This document shows, one piece after another, positions 55,082 through 64,000 of a DNA stretch of 64,000 bases. How positions within the stretch are numbered: the stretch's first letter is position 1; the number at the start of each line of letters is the position of its first letter. The position numbers and the translations under genes are program-made. Below the pieces are notes generated by a model. The model searched no databases, was not told the origin of the DNA, and was given only the letters and a program-made list of their open reading frames with translations. Source of the stretch: Candidatus Saccharimonadota bacterium (GTDB lineage Bacteria; Patescibacteriota; Saccharimonadia; Saccharimonadales; OFTM59). The DNA is taken from positions 103-64,102 of the forward strand of contig JAJDCL010000009.1 in NCBI GenBank assembly GCA_029260875.1. The letters are read 5' to 3'.

Positions 55082-55711
55082 TTATTCGTCAACATCAGTT
55101 TTTTTGAGCTCGTGTCGTAACTGTAAGCCTGTGACAATGCCATAAGCAGCAAGCGCCAAGCCGCCAGCACCAAAAATGTTCTGTCCAAGTTCTTCCATTG
55201 CTGGATTGTCCTCGTTCATACCTTTAAAAGACAGTCCTACGCCTAAGGAAAGGCTTAAAGCTAGCAAGCCACCAGCCCCAGTTGCTATTAAGCGTCTTCT
55301 TAAGGTGTTATTCGGTTCTGAGCCCTTTTCCTGGAATCTTTCAGCTGGCTCTTCTGTAGTTGACGGCGACCAACGCATCCATAAGCACTTTGTGCCGGTT
55401 GCGTCGTCTACGGTGTGTCTCACAACTTCAAATTCTGTGTCTTGTGGCCTGACCAGTGCCCCACCATTGCACTGAATCGTGCCATCGTCACCGATATATG
55501 TGGTAGGTATTACTTTGTCAACGAAACCGTCTATATACCATCGCAGTCTATCCACTAACCCAGGATTTAAATTATCAACCCGAAAAAGTCCTCCACCGTG
55601 CTGCCCCGCCTCAACTACCCGCACGGCTGCCTGATGCAATGTAATGGCTTGTGGACCACTATTAAACAGCTTAATCGCATGCTCGGGTGAATGAGTTGAT
55701 TCATTAGTCAT
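55082..55711 (-). CDS. hypothetical protein (209 aa) with two C-terminal TM helices
   Basis: ORF plus hydrophobic C-terminus; no motif. Confidence 0.55.
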   Translation of the reverse strand: MTNESTHSPEHAIKLFNSGPQAITLHQAAVRVVEAGQHGGGLFRVDNLNPGLVDRLRWYIDGFVDKVIPTTYIGDDGTIQCNGGALVRPQDTEFEVVRHTVDDATGTKCLWMRWSPSTTEEPAERFQEKGSEPNNTLRRRLIATGAGGLLALSLSLGVGLSFKGMNEDNPAMEELGQNIFGAGGLALAAYGIVTGLQLRHELKKTDVDE

Positions 55712-55825
55712 ATAATTTAATTATTCCACATTGTGAGTTAATCGGCAATATTTACATAACAAAGAAGATATTTAGTTAAGTTTGAATTTTCACTTGCGCT
55801 GTTATGCGTTATAGTCATAAGCGAG

Positions 55826-57310
55826 ATGGTTTATGCATTATTTCTTATTGGGGCGCTTCTTGAGTTGTTGTTGGTGTCATCTGTAGGGCTATGGAAGTAT
55901 CGACAGTTTGTAGCAGCTATAGTTGTTGCGCTTGTTGGCTTTTGGGCCGGCTACTTTGCTGTGACTATCTGGAACATATTTGGCGTGCTCATGTTTACAA
56001 TTAGTTTTTATCGCCTTTTTAGCTTGTTGCGTATAGCTAAAAACCGCATGAAAAGTGTTCGGCTATTAATGACAGTTCGTCGCACCTCATTTGTTTTGGT
56101 ACTTATACACCTAGTCCTGTACGTGCTGTATACCGCTGATCTGTCGCTAGACCGCTATGAACTTATGATTCTGCTGGTAGTGTTGCAATTATTGTCTAGC
56201 ATAGCTCTGCTTGGTATAACGGCCCGAAATGTCTTTAAAACAAAATATCATCCCAGTAAACATTACTTTAGTGATAAAGAACTGCCGACAGTAACAGTGG
56301 CTATACCCGCAAGGAACGAAACTGCAGAGCTCGCATCTTGCTTAGAGTCAATACTTTCAAGCAGCTACCCAAAGCTTGAGGTGTTAGTGCTTGATGACTG
56401 CTCTCTAGACCGTACTCCCGATATAATTCGCGATTTTGCACAAGATGGGGCGAGGTTTATTGAGGGCCACCCACCTAAAAGTCATTGGCTTGCAAAAAAC
56501 CAGGCTTATCAGCAACTCTTCGAGGCTTCCAGTGGGGAACTTATATTATTCTGCGGAGTTGATGTAAGACTTGGGCCGGATACGATACGTGCCCTAGTGA
56601 CGGCTCAACTCAGTAAGAAACGCGACATGATGAGTGTTATGCCGTTGCGTGTTGGTGGCGGGGTGCGCACGGCATTCATACAGCCACTACGCTATTGGTG
56701 GGAGATGGCGCTGCCACGCCGGTTCTTTAACAGGCCACCAGTTTTGAGTAGTTGTTGGATGATCAAGAAAACTGCACTTAAAAAGCTTGGTGGGTTTTCT
56801 GCCGTCAGTAAAAGCATCCTACCAGAAGCATATTTTGCACGTGAGCTTATCAAAACGGACGGCTACGCCTTTATACGTGCTGACGAGCATCTCGATGTGC
56901 GTACAGTTAAAGGCGTTGAGGCGCAATTGTCTACAGCACATAGGATACGTTACCCACAACTTCGCAAGCGTCCAGAAAATACGTTAATATTGAGCATGGG
57001 TTTGGCCGTGATTCTATTGATGCCTTTTTTGTTTGTGATAGAAGCTTTTTGGCACGGATTTGATTTGATAAGCTGGATGGCCGCGCTGACCTGTGTTCTA
57101 CTAATAATGACGCACTATATGATTCTTTCTACGACCAATCCCGCTAATAGTATGATTAGCTTGTTTAACTTTCCGGCTGTCATTATTACTGAGATAATTT
57201 TGCTGCATTTGTCGATGTATCGTTACGAATTTTCAATAGTTGAATGGAAGGGTCGCAATATTTGTATTCCCGTAATGCAGACCATACCACATCTACCTAT
57301 GGCTAAGTGA
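55826..57310 (+). CDS. membrane-embedded GT2-family glycosyltransferase
   Basis: TVAIPARNE and VLDDCSLDRT (DxD region), with the catalytic domain flanked by N- and C-terminal TM bundles. Confidence 0.8.
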   Translation: MVYALFLIGALLELLLVSSVGLWKYRQFVAAIVVALVGFWAGYFAVTIWNIFGVLMFTISFYRLFSLLRIAKNRMKSVRLLMTVRRTSFVLVLIHLVLYVLYTADLSLDRYELMILLVVLQLLSSIALLGITARNVFKTKYHPSKHYFSDKELPTVTVAIPARNETAELASCLESILSSSYPKLEVLVLDDCSLDRTPDIIRDFAQDGARFIEGHPPKSHWLAKNQAYQQLFEASSGELILFCGVDVRLGPDTIRALVTAQLSKKRDMMSVMPLRVGGGVRTAFIQPLRYWWEMALPRRFFNRPPVLSSCWMIKKTALKKLGGFSAVSKSILPEAYFARELIKTDGYAFIRADEHLDVRTVKGVEAQLSTAHRIRYPQLRKRPENTLILSMGLAVILLMPFLFVIEAFWHGFDLISWMAALTCVLLIMTHYMILSTTNPANSMISLFNFPAVIITEIILLHLSMYRYEFSIVEWKGRNICIPVMQTIPHLPMAK

Positions 57311-58418
57311 TTATATTCGGAATAAAAATACTAAACGTTGAGCCATGGTTTAGCTCAGACTCAAGCTTAATTTCGCCGTTTAATAGTCTGATTAATTTTT
57401 GAGTTACATATAGCCCAAGCCCAGTGCCACTACTAGCTCTGGTACGAAAGTCCTCACTACGAAAGAATTTTGCAAACACTTTTTGCTTATCGGCCTTGCT
57501 TATACCAATGCCCGTGTCAGAAACAAAGAACTCCACACCATTCCCTCTAGGTTTTGCGCCAATTGTAATATGGCCCTCTTCGGTATATTTGATTGCATTG
57601 GTTATAAAGTTTTGCAGAATTTCACGGACATATAACTGGCTGGATTGCAGTGCCTCAAGACCAGGGTCAAGCTCGGTTTCGATTTTGAGCTGCTTGGCTT
57701 TGGCGTCGGATCGATACGTATTAGCAAGTGTACTAACAAGGTCGTAGACATTGATAGTTTCAATAGCTACACTCAGTTTGCCGCGTTCAGCACGTGACAA
57801 TGTGGCTAAGTCGTTAATTAGACCTGCTAAGAATTTAATTTGCACATGTGCTTGTTTAAGCGCCTCGCTTATAGCTTTATCTTTTTTAGGTAATTTATCA
57901 TATAGAAATTGAGCGTTACCAATGTTGCCTTCTGCGATTGCGATAGGAGTGCGTAGCTCATGACTCGTGACGCTTATGAATTCATCACGTTCTTCTTCTA
58001 ATGATTTCTCTCGTGTAATGTCGCGGAGAAGTACGACATGGCCATGGCCACCGCTGTGTCCATAGCCCAACCGTACCGGCGAAATACTTACATAAAGGCT
58101 TATTGTCTCGCCGTCCGGATAAGCCAACCTCCATTCCCGAGATGAAAATGATGTTCGCGCCTCATTTATAAGTTTGTTTAGATCAATAGGCTGGTCTGAT
58201 TTATCTAACAAGTGCAGTACGGTGCTAATTTGTTTACCTATTGGTGCTGTATTGATGTCCAGTATATTTAATGCTGCACCGTTCGTGATTACAATCACAC
58301 CACTTTCGTCCGTTGCGATAACGCCATCAGCCATGCTGTTTATAAGGCTGGTCAAACGTTCGTGGTCGAGCGTTGCGTTTTCGTGGCTTATTTTTGTGTT
58401 GTTATTTGCCATAAGCAC
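57303..58418 (-). CDS. cytoplasmic PAS sensor histidine kinase (no adjacent response regulator)
   Basis: H-box SHELRTPIAIA, N-box ITNAIKYT, DTGIGI and GTGLGLY. Confidence 0.9.
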   Translation of the reverse strand: MLMANNNTKISHENATLDHERLTSLINSMADGVIATDESGVIVITNGAALNILDINTAPIGKQISTVLHLLDKSDQPIDLNKLINEARTSFSSREWRLAYPDGETISLYVSISPVRLGYGHSGGHGHVVLLRDITREKSLEEERDEFISVTSHELRTPIAIAEGNIGNAQFLYDKLPKKDKAISEALKQAHVQIKFLAGLINDLATLSRAERGKLSVAIETINVYDLVSTLANTYRSDAKAKQLKIETELDPGLEALQSSQLYVREILQNFITNAIKYTEEGHITIGAKPRGNGVEFFVSDTGIGISKADKQKVFAKFFRSEDFRTRASSGTGLGLYVTQKLIRLLNGEIKLESELNHGSTFSIFIPNIIT

Positions 58419-58472
58419 ATTCTATCAGCGACTCACCAATTATGGATAGTAATTACAGAATCTCCCAAGACA

Positions 58473-59186
58473 CTAAATATCGTTAAGTTTGGCATGTATA
58501 CTGGGCTGCATCTGTCGCATCTGTTTGCGCACATCGGGCAGGTTTGGAACATATATGGATAACTTATCCCAAAATAATTTGCCGTGCGCAAGTATTTGCG
58601 TGTGCACTAACTCATGCATAATGACGTAGTCAATTAACTCCCATGGCAGTTGCATTAAGTAGCAATTTAGCACAATTTCATTGTTCTGTGAGCAGCTCCC
58701 CCAGCGACCGCGCAGTTCTTTTATTGTCACCGAACGGTATGTAAAACCATGCTTGCCTGCCAGCAGAGCAAGCCGGGATGGTAATATAGCCTTTGCTTCA
58801 AGCTTGAGGGCCCTCACGGCTGCCTTCCGCGCGACGCCTTGTATGATTGGACTTTCAAGCAGTGCCCCGACGGGCATTACTATGCTTATATTATTATTAG
58901 CTACTCTCGAACTGGCGCTTACCACTGGTTTGTGCTCAAACAAAAATTGGTGTGCTTTACCAACGCGAGATTTGTTTTTTATAAGTGGGGCTGAACTGAT
59001 ATGTGCTAGAAGCCAGTTCTTTTTTTGCTCAACAAAAATCTTCCCCAATTTGTATGGAGCCCAAAATGGCAATGAAACGCGAACTTTCCCATCATGAGTC
59101 ACGCTGAGCCTGATATTCCTTGTAGCTCGATGCTTATAAAGCGTTACAGTTCCGACGCCTTCTATCGTGTATTTTTGTGAGGGCAT
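58473..59186 (-). CDS. YgjP/DUF45-like zinc metallohydrolase
   Basis: DYVIMHELVHTQILAHGKLFW (HExxH). TAATG overlap with the upstream gene. Confidence 0.75.
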   Translation of the reverse strand: MPSQKYTIEGVGTVTLYKHRATRNIRLSVTHDGKVRVSLPFWAPYKLGKIFVEQKKNWLLAHISSAPLIKNKSRVGKAHQFLFEHKPVVSASSRVANNNISIVMPVGALLESPIIQGVARKAAVRALKLEAKAILPSRLALLAGKHGFTYRSVTIKELRGRWGSCSQNNEIVLNCYLMQLPWELIDYVIMHELVHTQILAHGKLFWDKLSIYVPNLPDVRKQMRQMQPSIHAKLNDI

Positions 59187-59845
59187 TATCTTATGGTTAT
59201 ATTGCGACGGCTTTGGTCAACTCTCCCGGCAGCAGGATTGGGCACCAAGTTTACGAGACCCGGCTTTACAAGGTCGCTCTGAGCCTTAGATGAGCCAATA
59301 AGACTTAAATCGTGAAGCCTTTTCATAACAGCACTTTTTTGGCTGTTGTATGTGTGTTTGCCACTTAAAACAACATATTCTTCATTGTCAGGGTTTTGCA
59401 TATAGGCCATCTGTTGCTCAAACGTTGTACGGTCATAACGTTCTGCGTAGCGGTCGTCAGCCTTACGCCTGTCTCTGTGGTTCAGCCTTGTATAGGCGTG
59501 CTCCGGATCGATCTGTAGCCACAATAGAACTGGGTTGGCGCGGGCTTTCCTGGCTAAATCGCGCAGCGCACGGCGCTGGCTTAGCCGCCCTGCATTAACA
59601 TCAAAAACCACTGAGATGCCCAATTGCAAGAATTCTTCGGCCATATAGTGCATGAGGTGTAGTACTACTTCATTTTCTTGCTTATCGTAACGGGGCGTTT
59701 CAAATAATTCGTAGCGTATTTTATCGCTTTGGATGTGTGCAGCTTGTATCGTCTCGCATAGCTGGCGTGAAAAATGAGTTTTCCCCGAGCCAGGAAAGCC
59801 ATATAGCAAAAATAACGTAGGTTTATCGAGTACTATCTTTGACAT
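59186..59845 (-). CDS. P-loop kinase-like ATPase (AAA_33/zeta-like fold)
   Basis: Walker A GFPGSGKTHF near the N-terminus, about 220 aa. Confidence 0.6.
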   Translation of the reverse strand: MSKIVLDKPTLFLLYGFPGSGKTHFSRQLCETIQAAHIQSDKIRYELFETPRYDKQENEVVLHLMHYMAEEFLQLGISVVFDVNAGRLSQRRALRDLARKARANPVLLWLQIDPEHAYTRLNHRDRRKADDRYAERYDRTTFEQQMAYMQNPDNEEYVVLSGKHTYNSQKSAVMKRLHDLSLIGSSKAQSDLVKPGLVNLVPNPAAGRVDQSRRNITIR

Positions 59846-59966
59846 CGCCGGTCAATTGTATAACAGATTTGGCTATAGCTCAAAACCACCTAGTGCTGTA
59901 CCTATAGTTTTTAAGCCAACATCTATGAATTAAGGAATATTTCGTTTATCATTCATAGGTATGAAT

Positions 59967-60041
59967 AGGGGCATAGTACAACGGCTAGTATAAGGGTCTC
60001 CAAAACCCTAGATCGTGGTTCGATTCCACGTGCCCCTGCCA
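59967..60041 (+). tRNA. tRNA-Trp (anticodon CCA), CCA encoded
   Basis: AGGGGCAUAGUACAACGGCUAGUAUAAGGGUCUCCAAAACCCUAGAUCGUGGUUCGAUUCCACGUGCCCCUGCCA folds as a cloverleaf. Confidence 0.93.
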
Positions 60042-60100
60042 TTTTGCTTATGCTTAAAAGACTTCCCTTTTGGAGATCTTGTTTTGTTATTATCTAACTA

Positions 60101-60682
60101 ATGAAAGAATTTCTAGCAATATCCGCGCTTGTAGTTTCTGTCGCAGCAAATATTCCATACATTGTCGACATCGTTAAAGGCAGAGCCAAACCCGAACGCA
60201 TATCTTGGCTACTTTGGACTCTTCTAGGTTTAACATATTACTTTTCAGCTGTATTCGCTGACGGTGCAAAGCTATTTACCCTCGGTGAGCTAATAGGCCC
60301 TGGAATAATCTTCATCTTAACGCTGAAGTTTGGAGTGGGAGGCAGGAGCAAGTTTGACCTTATTTCATTGTCAGTTGCACTTGTAGCGTTTTCAATGCTT
60401 TTTGTGTTTGATGGGGTATTGATAGGTTTAATACTGGCATTAATTGTCGATGGTATCGGAGCGATGCTAACCATGCGAAAGCTACTAATTGACCCTACAT
60501 CTGAATCTAGAAGCTTCTGGGCATTAGGTGCTATTGCATCCGTACTTGCTCTCGCTTCACTCAACTACTATAACCTTGAGACTATGCTCTTCCCGATTTA
60601 CGTTCTGATATTCTCTTTACTTGTTATTGTTAAAACCGACCCAGCATCAACGAAACATCCAATAACTCTCCAGGATCTTTAA
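60101..60682 (+). CDS. hypothetical polytopic membrane protein (193 aa)
   Basis: About 6 hydrophobic helices; no motif. Confidence 0.6.
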   Translation: MKEFLAISALVVSVAANIPYIVDIVKGRAKPERISWLLWTLLGLTYYFSAVFADGAKLFTLGELIGPGIIFILTLKFGVGGRSKFDLISLSVALVAFSMLFVFDGVLIGLILALIVDGIGAMLTMRKLLIDPTSESRSFWALGAIASVLALASLNYYNLETMLFPIYVLIFSLLVIVKTDPASTKHPITLQDL

Positions 60683-60723
60683 GTTTAAAGTTGCGAAGTG
60701 CGACCGCTAGAAACTGCCAAAGA

Positions 60724-60760
60724 AAAAGGCTCTGTCGCAAGATAGGGCCTTTTACTTTGT
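60724..60760 (+). terminator. intrinsic terminator
   Basis: 13-bp stem AAAAGGCTCTGTC gcaa GATAGGGCCTTTT (including G.U pairs and a GNRA loop), followed by ACTTTGTT. Confidence 0.6.
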
Positions 60761-60962
60761 TGGCGTCCACAGAAACGAACCACAAAGAGTAAACAAGGCG
60801 AACGGGTGATTCGCGTAGCAACTAAAGGAAGTAAGAATTTATTCCGAGTACTGACAGGAACGGAAATAGTACGCTAAGAGCAAACGCTTTCCACGTGCCG
60901 CCGCCAAGTGCTTATCGCATTATAATCTCCCGTAAGTGGGGTCATATTGTTATGATAGATAC

Positions 60963-61328
60963 ATGGAAAGTGTAGATCACAAAATATTTTCAATGAGTGT
61001 GGCGAGCGTCTACCCTCTCTATATCAAGAAGGCCGAAAGAAAAGGCCGAACAAAGACAGAGGTAGATGAAATCATCCGTTGGCTTACTGGACTCAGTCAA
61101 AATGAGCTGGAAACTGAGTTAAAAAACAAAACCGACTTCAAGACTTTTTTCTCTAAGTGCAAAATGAATTCAGATCGTTCATATATAACTGGCGTAGTCT
61201 GTGGCGTACGCGTCGAAGAGATTAGGCAGCCAACTATGCGTGAAATCCGATACCTTGACAAACTTGTTGACGAGTTGGCAAAGGGTAAGCCGATGGAAAA
61301 AATCCTTAGAAACCAAACGAAACACTAG
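60963..61328 (+). CDS. DUF2200-family protein
   Basis: [37 protein letters not shown] ... [24 protein letters not shown] matches my memory of this family. Confidence 0.65.
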   Translation: MESVDHKIFSMSVASVYPLYIKKAERKGRTKTEVDEIIRWLTGLSQNELETELKNKTDFKTFFSKCKMNSDRSYITGVVCGVRVEEIRQPTMREIRYLDKLVDELAKGKPMEKILRNQTKH

Positions 61329-61511
61329 GTGCATATCAAGACAAAAAAATTTGCCGTACCTTTTTGCGGTGACGCTTGTCTTGATGAGCAAGATATTGGT
61401 CCAGGACTAGTTTAGAATATCTGTAGTATGCTTCTAGCAGACGCAAAACAAGTATCTCTATAGTTCACATATCTCTGAGGCTAAATTCAGACAAGTTGCG
61501 TGCTCTTTGTT

Positions 61512-61715
61512 TTACTTACGGCCCTTGACTTCATTGCGTCCTAGACTCTTCTTGGTTTCTACATACAAAGTATGACGACGTAGAAGAGGATTGTACTTTT
61601 TCAGCGAAAGCTTATCAGGCGTGTTCATAGTATTTTTCATAGTGTAATAATGTCTATGACCAGTCTCTTCACAGACCAGTCCGATAATCTTACGTTTGTC
61701 ACCTTTTTTTGCCAT
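61512..61715 (-). CDS. rpmG: 50S ribosomal protein L33 (Cys-less type, C-terminally extended)
   Basis: MAKKGDKRKIIGLVCEETGHRHYYTMKN...KLSLKKYNPLLRRHTLYVETK. Confidence 0.88.
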   Translation of the reverse strand: MAKKGDKRKIIGLVCEETGHRHYYTMKNTMNTPDKLSLKKYNPLLRRHTLYVETKKSLGRNEVKGRK

Positions 61716-61759
61716 AATTTGCCCAGTTTAACAGATAAATATTATTTTGTAAACAGACA

Positions 61760-61834
<75 letters not shown>

Positions 61835-61897
61835 CCAATGACTAGGGCATTTTAACAGATTAGGGCTGGTTTGGGGAGTGAAACTTGTTATGGAATT

Positions 61898-64000
61898 TTA
61901 CTCTTCTAAATGGTACTCCAGTGGCCTTGATCTGCTGGGATGACGAAGTTGACTTAGCGACAAAGTCTCTATTTGCCGAATTCTTTCGCTGGTAAGAGTA
62001 AATTCTTTGCCAGTTTGTTCATAGGTTCGCGCAATGCCGTCTTCTAGGCCGAACCTTATTTTTATAATTTTTTGTTGTCGTTCGGAAAGTGTGCTCAAGG
62101 CAGCATCTAAATCCTCTGCCAATATTCTATTTTGCATTCTCCGCATGGCGGCTTCTTGCGCTTTATTGATGGTATCGGTCTCTACCTGTGAACGTATGTA
62201 CTCAATGTAATGCTGTAGGGGCTTTCTTCCAATCTCAGCACTTCTCGCAACATCATCGAAGTATGATTCATTTCGTGTGCCTATTCCCCCCATTACGACC
62301 TCTTTGATGTATTTGTGAACACCTTTCAATACCCATGTTTTGGGCATTGACTCCCTTTTAGCAATCATCTCCGCTGCACCACTTTTTGCTAAGCCGTGAA
62401 TATTTAGGGCGATGCTTCCCCGATGGTCGCGTTTGCCGAACTTCTCCAAAAAATTAGCGATGGCCGCTTGAACGACGTCTTCATTCTCGTGTGAGTCATC
62501 CACCATATAAGGCTCAATGGCAGTGAGAACGGTCTTCATGTTTAAGAACAGGAACACTTCCTTGCCTGTCGCTGCGAGTCTTGAATCCAGGCTAGCTACA
62601 GCTTGAATTGCAACATGCTGTGCCTCCAGACTTACTCGCGCTGGCAACTTTTCTGCAATTTTCTGATAAAGTTCAAGTGTTGAGGCACCCTGATGCTCTT
62701 TTTGTATACCAACCGCTATCGTTGATATGACATGCGCCATTTCTTCTATGGTTGAATTCTTGAAGCGTTCTCTCAAAAGCTCCTGACTCGTCGCTTCATG
62801 GATAATTGCCGCAATATTCATGCCGGAGAAGGTAACGACTGGCTTTTTTGCCTCGACTGGTGTCGTGGATGACACGGTCCGTTCTCGGCCCATTTGACTA
62901 CCTCTGAGAATAAACGAGGGATCAAACAGATTAGGTATTAGGATAGGAGCTTGCGTTGCTTTATCGAACATATCTACAAACTGTATGGCTATAGCTTCAT
63001 TTTTGCCTGTTTGAGGCGACAACCGTAATATTCTTCCCAGTTCTTGCTTTGCGACTATGCCGGATCTGGTAGGGCTTAAGAAGATGCCAACTTCCGTCGC
63101 TGGAGAATCCCACCCAAGCCGTAGCATTTCAACGGACAATACAACCTGTAGCTCTCCGATCTGATGCGTGGAAAGAATTCCCTCCCGTCCTTCCTTCTTA
63201 TGGTGGATCGTGTCTGCAGCTATACCATATTCATTTAATCTCTCTTTCAGACTTTCTATATGATCTATACTTATGCCGAATATAACAGTTCTTTTACCTT
63301 TGATCTTGTCATGAACCTCAGCGATCTCAGCTTTTTGCTCATCAGAAAACTTTATAAAAGCGGGCAGCTTGTCTGGCCCTGCAAGCATGGAAAGCGCTAG
63401 ATAGTCCCTGCCCTCCCTGGTTAAATAACGTTCGATTTCCCGAACATCGTAATTCCCGCCCCCTGTTACACGTACATTACCTACGCGAACAGAGGTTTCT
63501 ACAAGGTGCACATCCAATGGGGCTATTATATTTCTTTCTATCGCCTCTTCGAAACTCATATCATGAAACTCATTCGTAAACATGCGCGTCCATTGCTCCG
63601 ACGAGTCTACAATTCCTCTCTGCTGATATTCTTCTAATTGAGCAAAATACGGCGTAGCTGTCAAACCCACCATTAATGCGTTAGGAAAATTTCTAAAAAT
63701 TGTATGTCGTCTTTCTCCTAGAGCCGTGTGGGCTTCGTCGCAAATGATGAGTTCAAATTCAGCCGGATCAATACTTCCTGTTTTGATTAGGTTCTGAAGT
63801 GACTGGTAAGTGGTATTTATGACTTTTCCTTCTAGATTCTTGCTTTTGCTGAAGTAGTTCGTAACCAGTACCTCAGGTGTATATTTAGCAAATCTATCTG
63901 CAGTTTGTGTCAGGATCTCTTGTAAAGGCGACACCACGAGGGTCTTCATATCCAAGGCACTTGCAATTTCAGTAATCAGCACAGATTTACCGCCAGCTGT
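61898..64000 (-). CDS. SF2 (DEAH, ResIII-type) helicase fused to a C-terminal sigma-70-like module; 5' end outside the window
   Basis: The frame stays open to the window edge, where it encodes TAGGKS (Walker A). Helicase motifs DEAH, TATP and QELGRILR. C-terminal region-2-like (62297-62491) and region-4 HTH (61943-62089) segments. Confidence 0.8.
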   Translation of the reverse strand, partial: TAGGKSVLITEIASALDMKTLVVSPLQEILTQTADRFAKYTPEVLVTNYFSKSKNLEGKVINTTYQSLQNLIKTGSIDPAEFELIICDEAHTALGERRHTIFRNFPNALMVGLTATPYFAQLEEYQQRGIVDSSEQWTRMFTNEFHDMSFEEAIERNIIAPLDVHLVETSVRVGNVRVTGGGNYDVREIERYLTREGRDYLALSMLAGPDKLPAFIKFSDEQKAEIAEVHDKIKGKRTVIFGISIDHIESLKERLNEYGIAADTIHHKKEGREGILSTHQIGELQVVLSVEMLRLGWDSPATEVGIFLSPTRSGIVAKQELGRILRLSPQTGKNEAIAIQFVDMFDKATQAPILIPNLFDPSFILRGSQMGRERTVSSTTPVEAKKPVVTFSGMNIAAIIHEATSQELLRERFKNSTIEEMAHVISTIAVGIQKEHQGASTLELYQKIAEKLPARVSLEAQHVAIQAVASLDSRLAATGKEVFLFLNMKTVLTAIEPYMVDDSHENEDVVQAAIANFLEKFGKRDHRGSIALNIHGLAKSGAAEMIAKRESMPKTWVLKGVHKYIKEVVMGGIGTRNESYFDDVARSAEIGRKPLQHYIEYIRSQVETDTINKAQEAAMRRMQNRILAEDLDAALSTLSERQQKIIKIRFGLEDGIARTYEQTGKEFTLTSERIRQIETLSLSQLRHPSRSRPLEYHLEE

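Noticed and set aside
59924-59959. 8-bp inverted repeat CTATGAAT...ATTCATAG just upstream of tRNA-Trp.
   Set aside because: AT-rich with a 20-nt loop and no supporting context. Likely promoter-region noise.

Overview
The window reads as a chromosomal segment from a small-genome bacterium, probably Patescibacteria/CPR and Saccharibacteria-like. That placement is inferred from gene content and protein style only; no search was run. TGA, TAA and TAG all act as stops. Most of the window is housekeeping. This includes a complete F-type ATP synthase operon (atpB-E-F-H-A-[orf121]-G-D-C), cysS, recR, ybaB, dnaB and dnaX. It also includes the rplL-rplJ and secE-nusG-rplK-rplA ribosomal clusters, rpmG, thyA with pyrimidine genes, envelope glycosyltransferases, ion transporters, and three tRNAs (Gln-UUG, Trp-CCA, Thr-GGU). 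I saw no rRNA, CRISPR array or intact mobile element. The best candidate for an undescribed system is a small rearranged islet directly 3' of tRNA-Gln (about 23.7-27.3 kb). It holds a compact UvrD-like SF1 helicase, a 227-aa protein carrying an Rx4H (HEPN-like) motif, an apparent recombinase C-terminal remnant, and an NPPY methyltransferase. Other items worth a second look:
- an SF2 helicase fused to sigma-70-like regions 2 and 4, cut by the window edge
- a frame-split sigma-70-like gene
- two unannotated paralogous ~50-aa ORFs bracketing a MASE1/PAS-kinase/receiver operon
- a structured divergent leader region with two intrinsic terminators and a three-way-junction RNA (44.3-44.7 kb)
- an unknown ORF and heptamer repeat arrays inside the atp operon
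- a perfect CRP-type palindrome upstream of an orphan enzyme-like gene
- a CysRS with altered HIGH and zinc-ligand residues
All functional calls rest on motifs read by eye from the translations.
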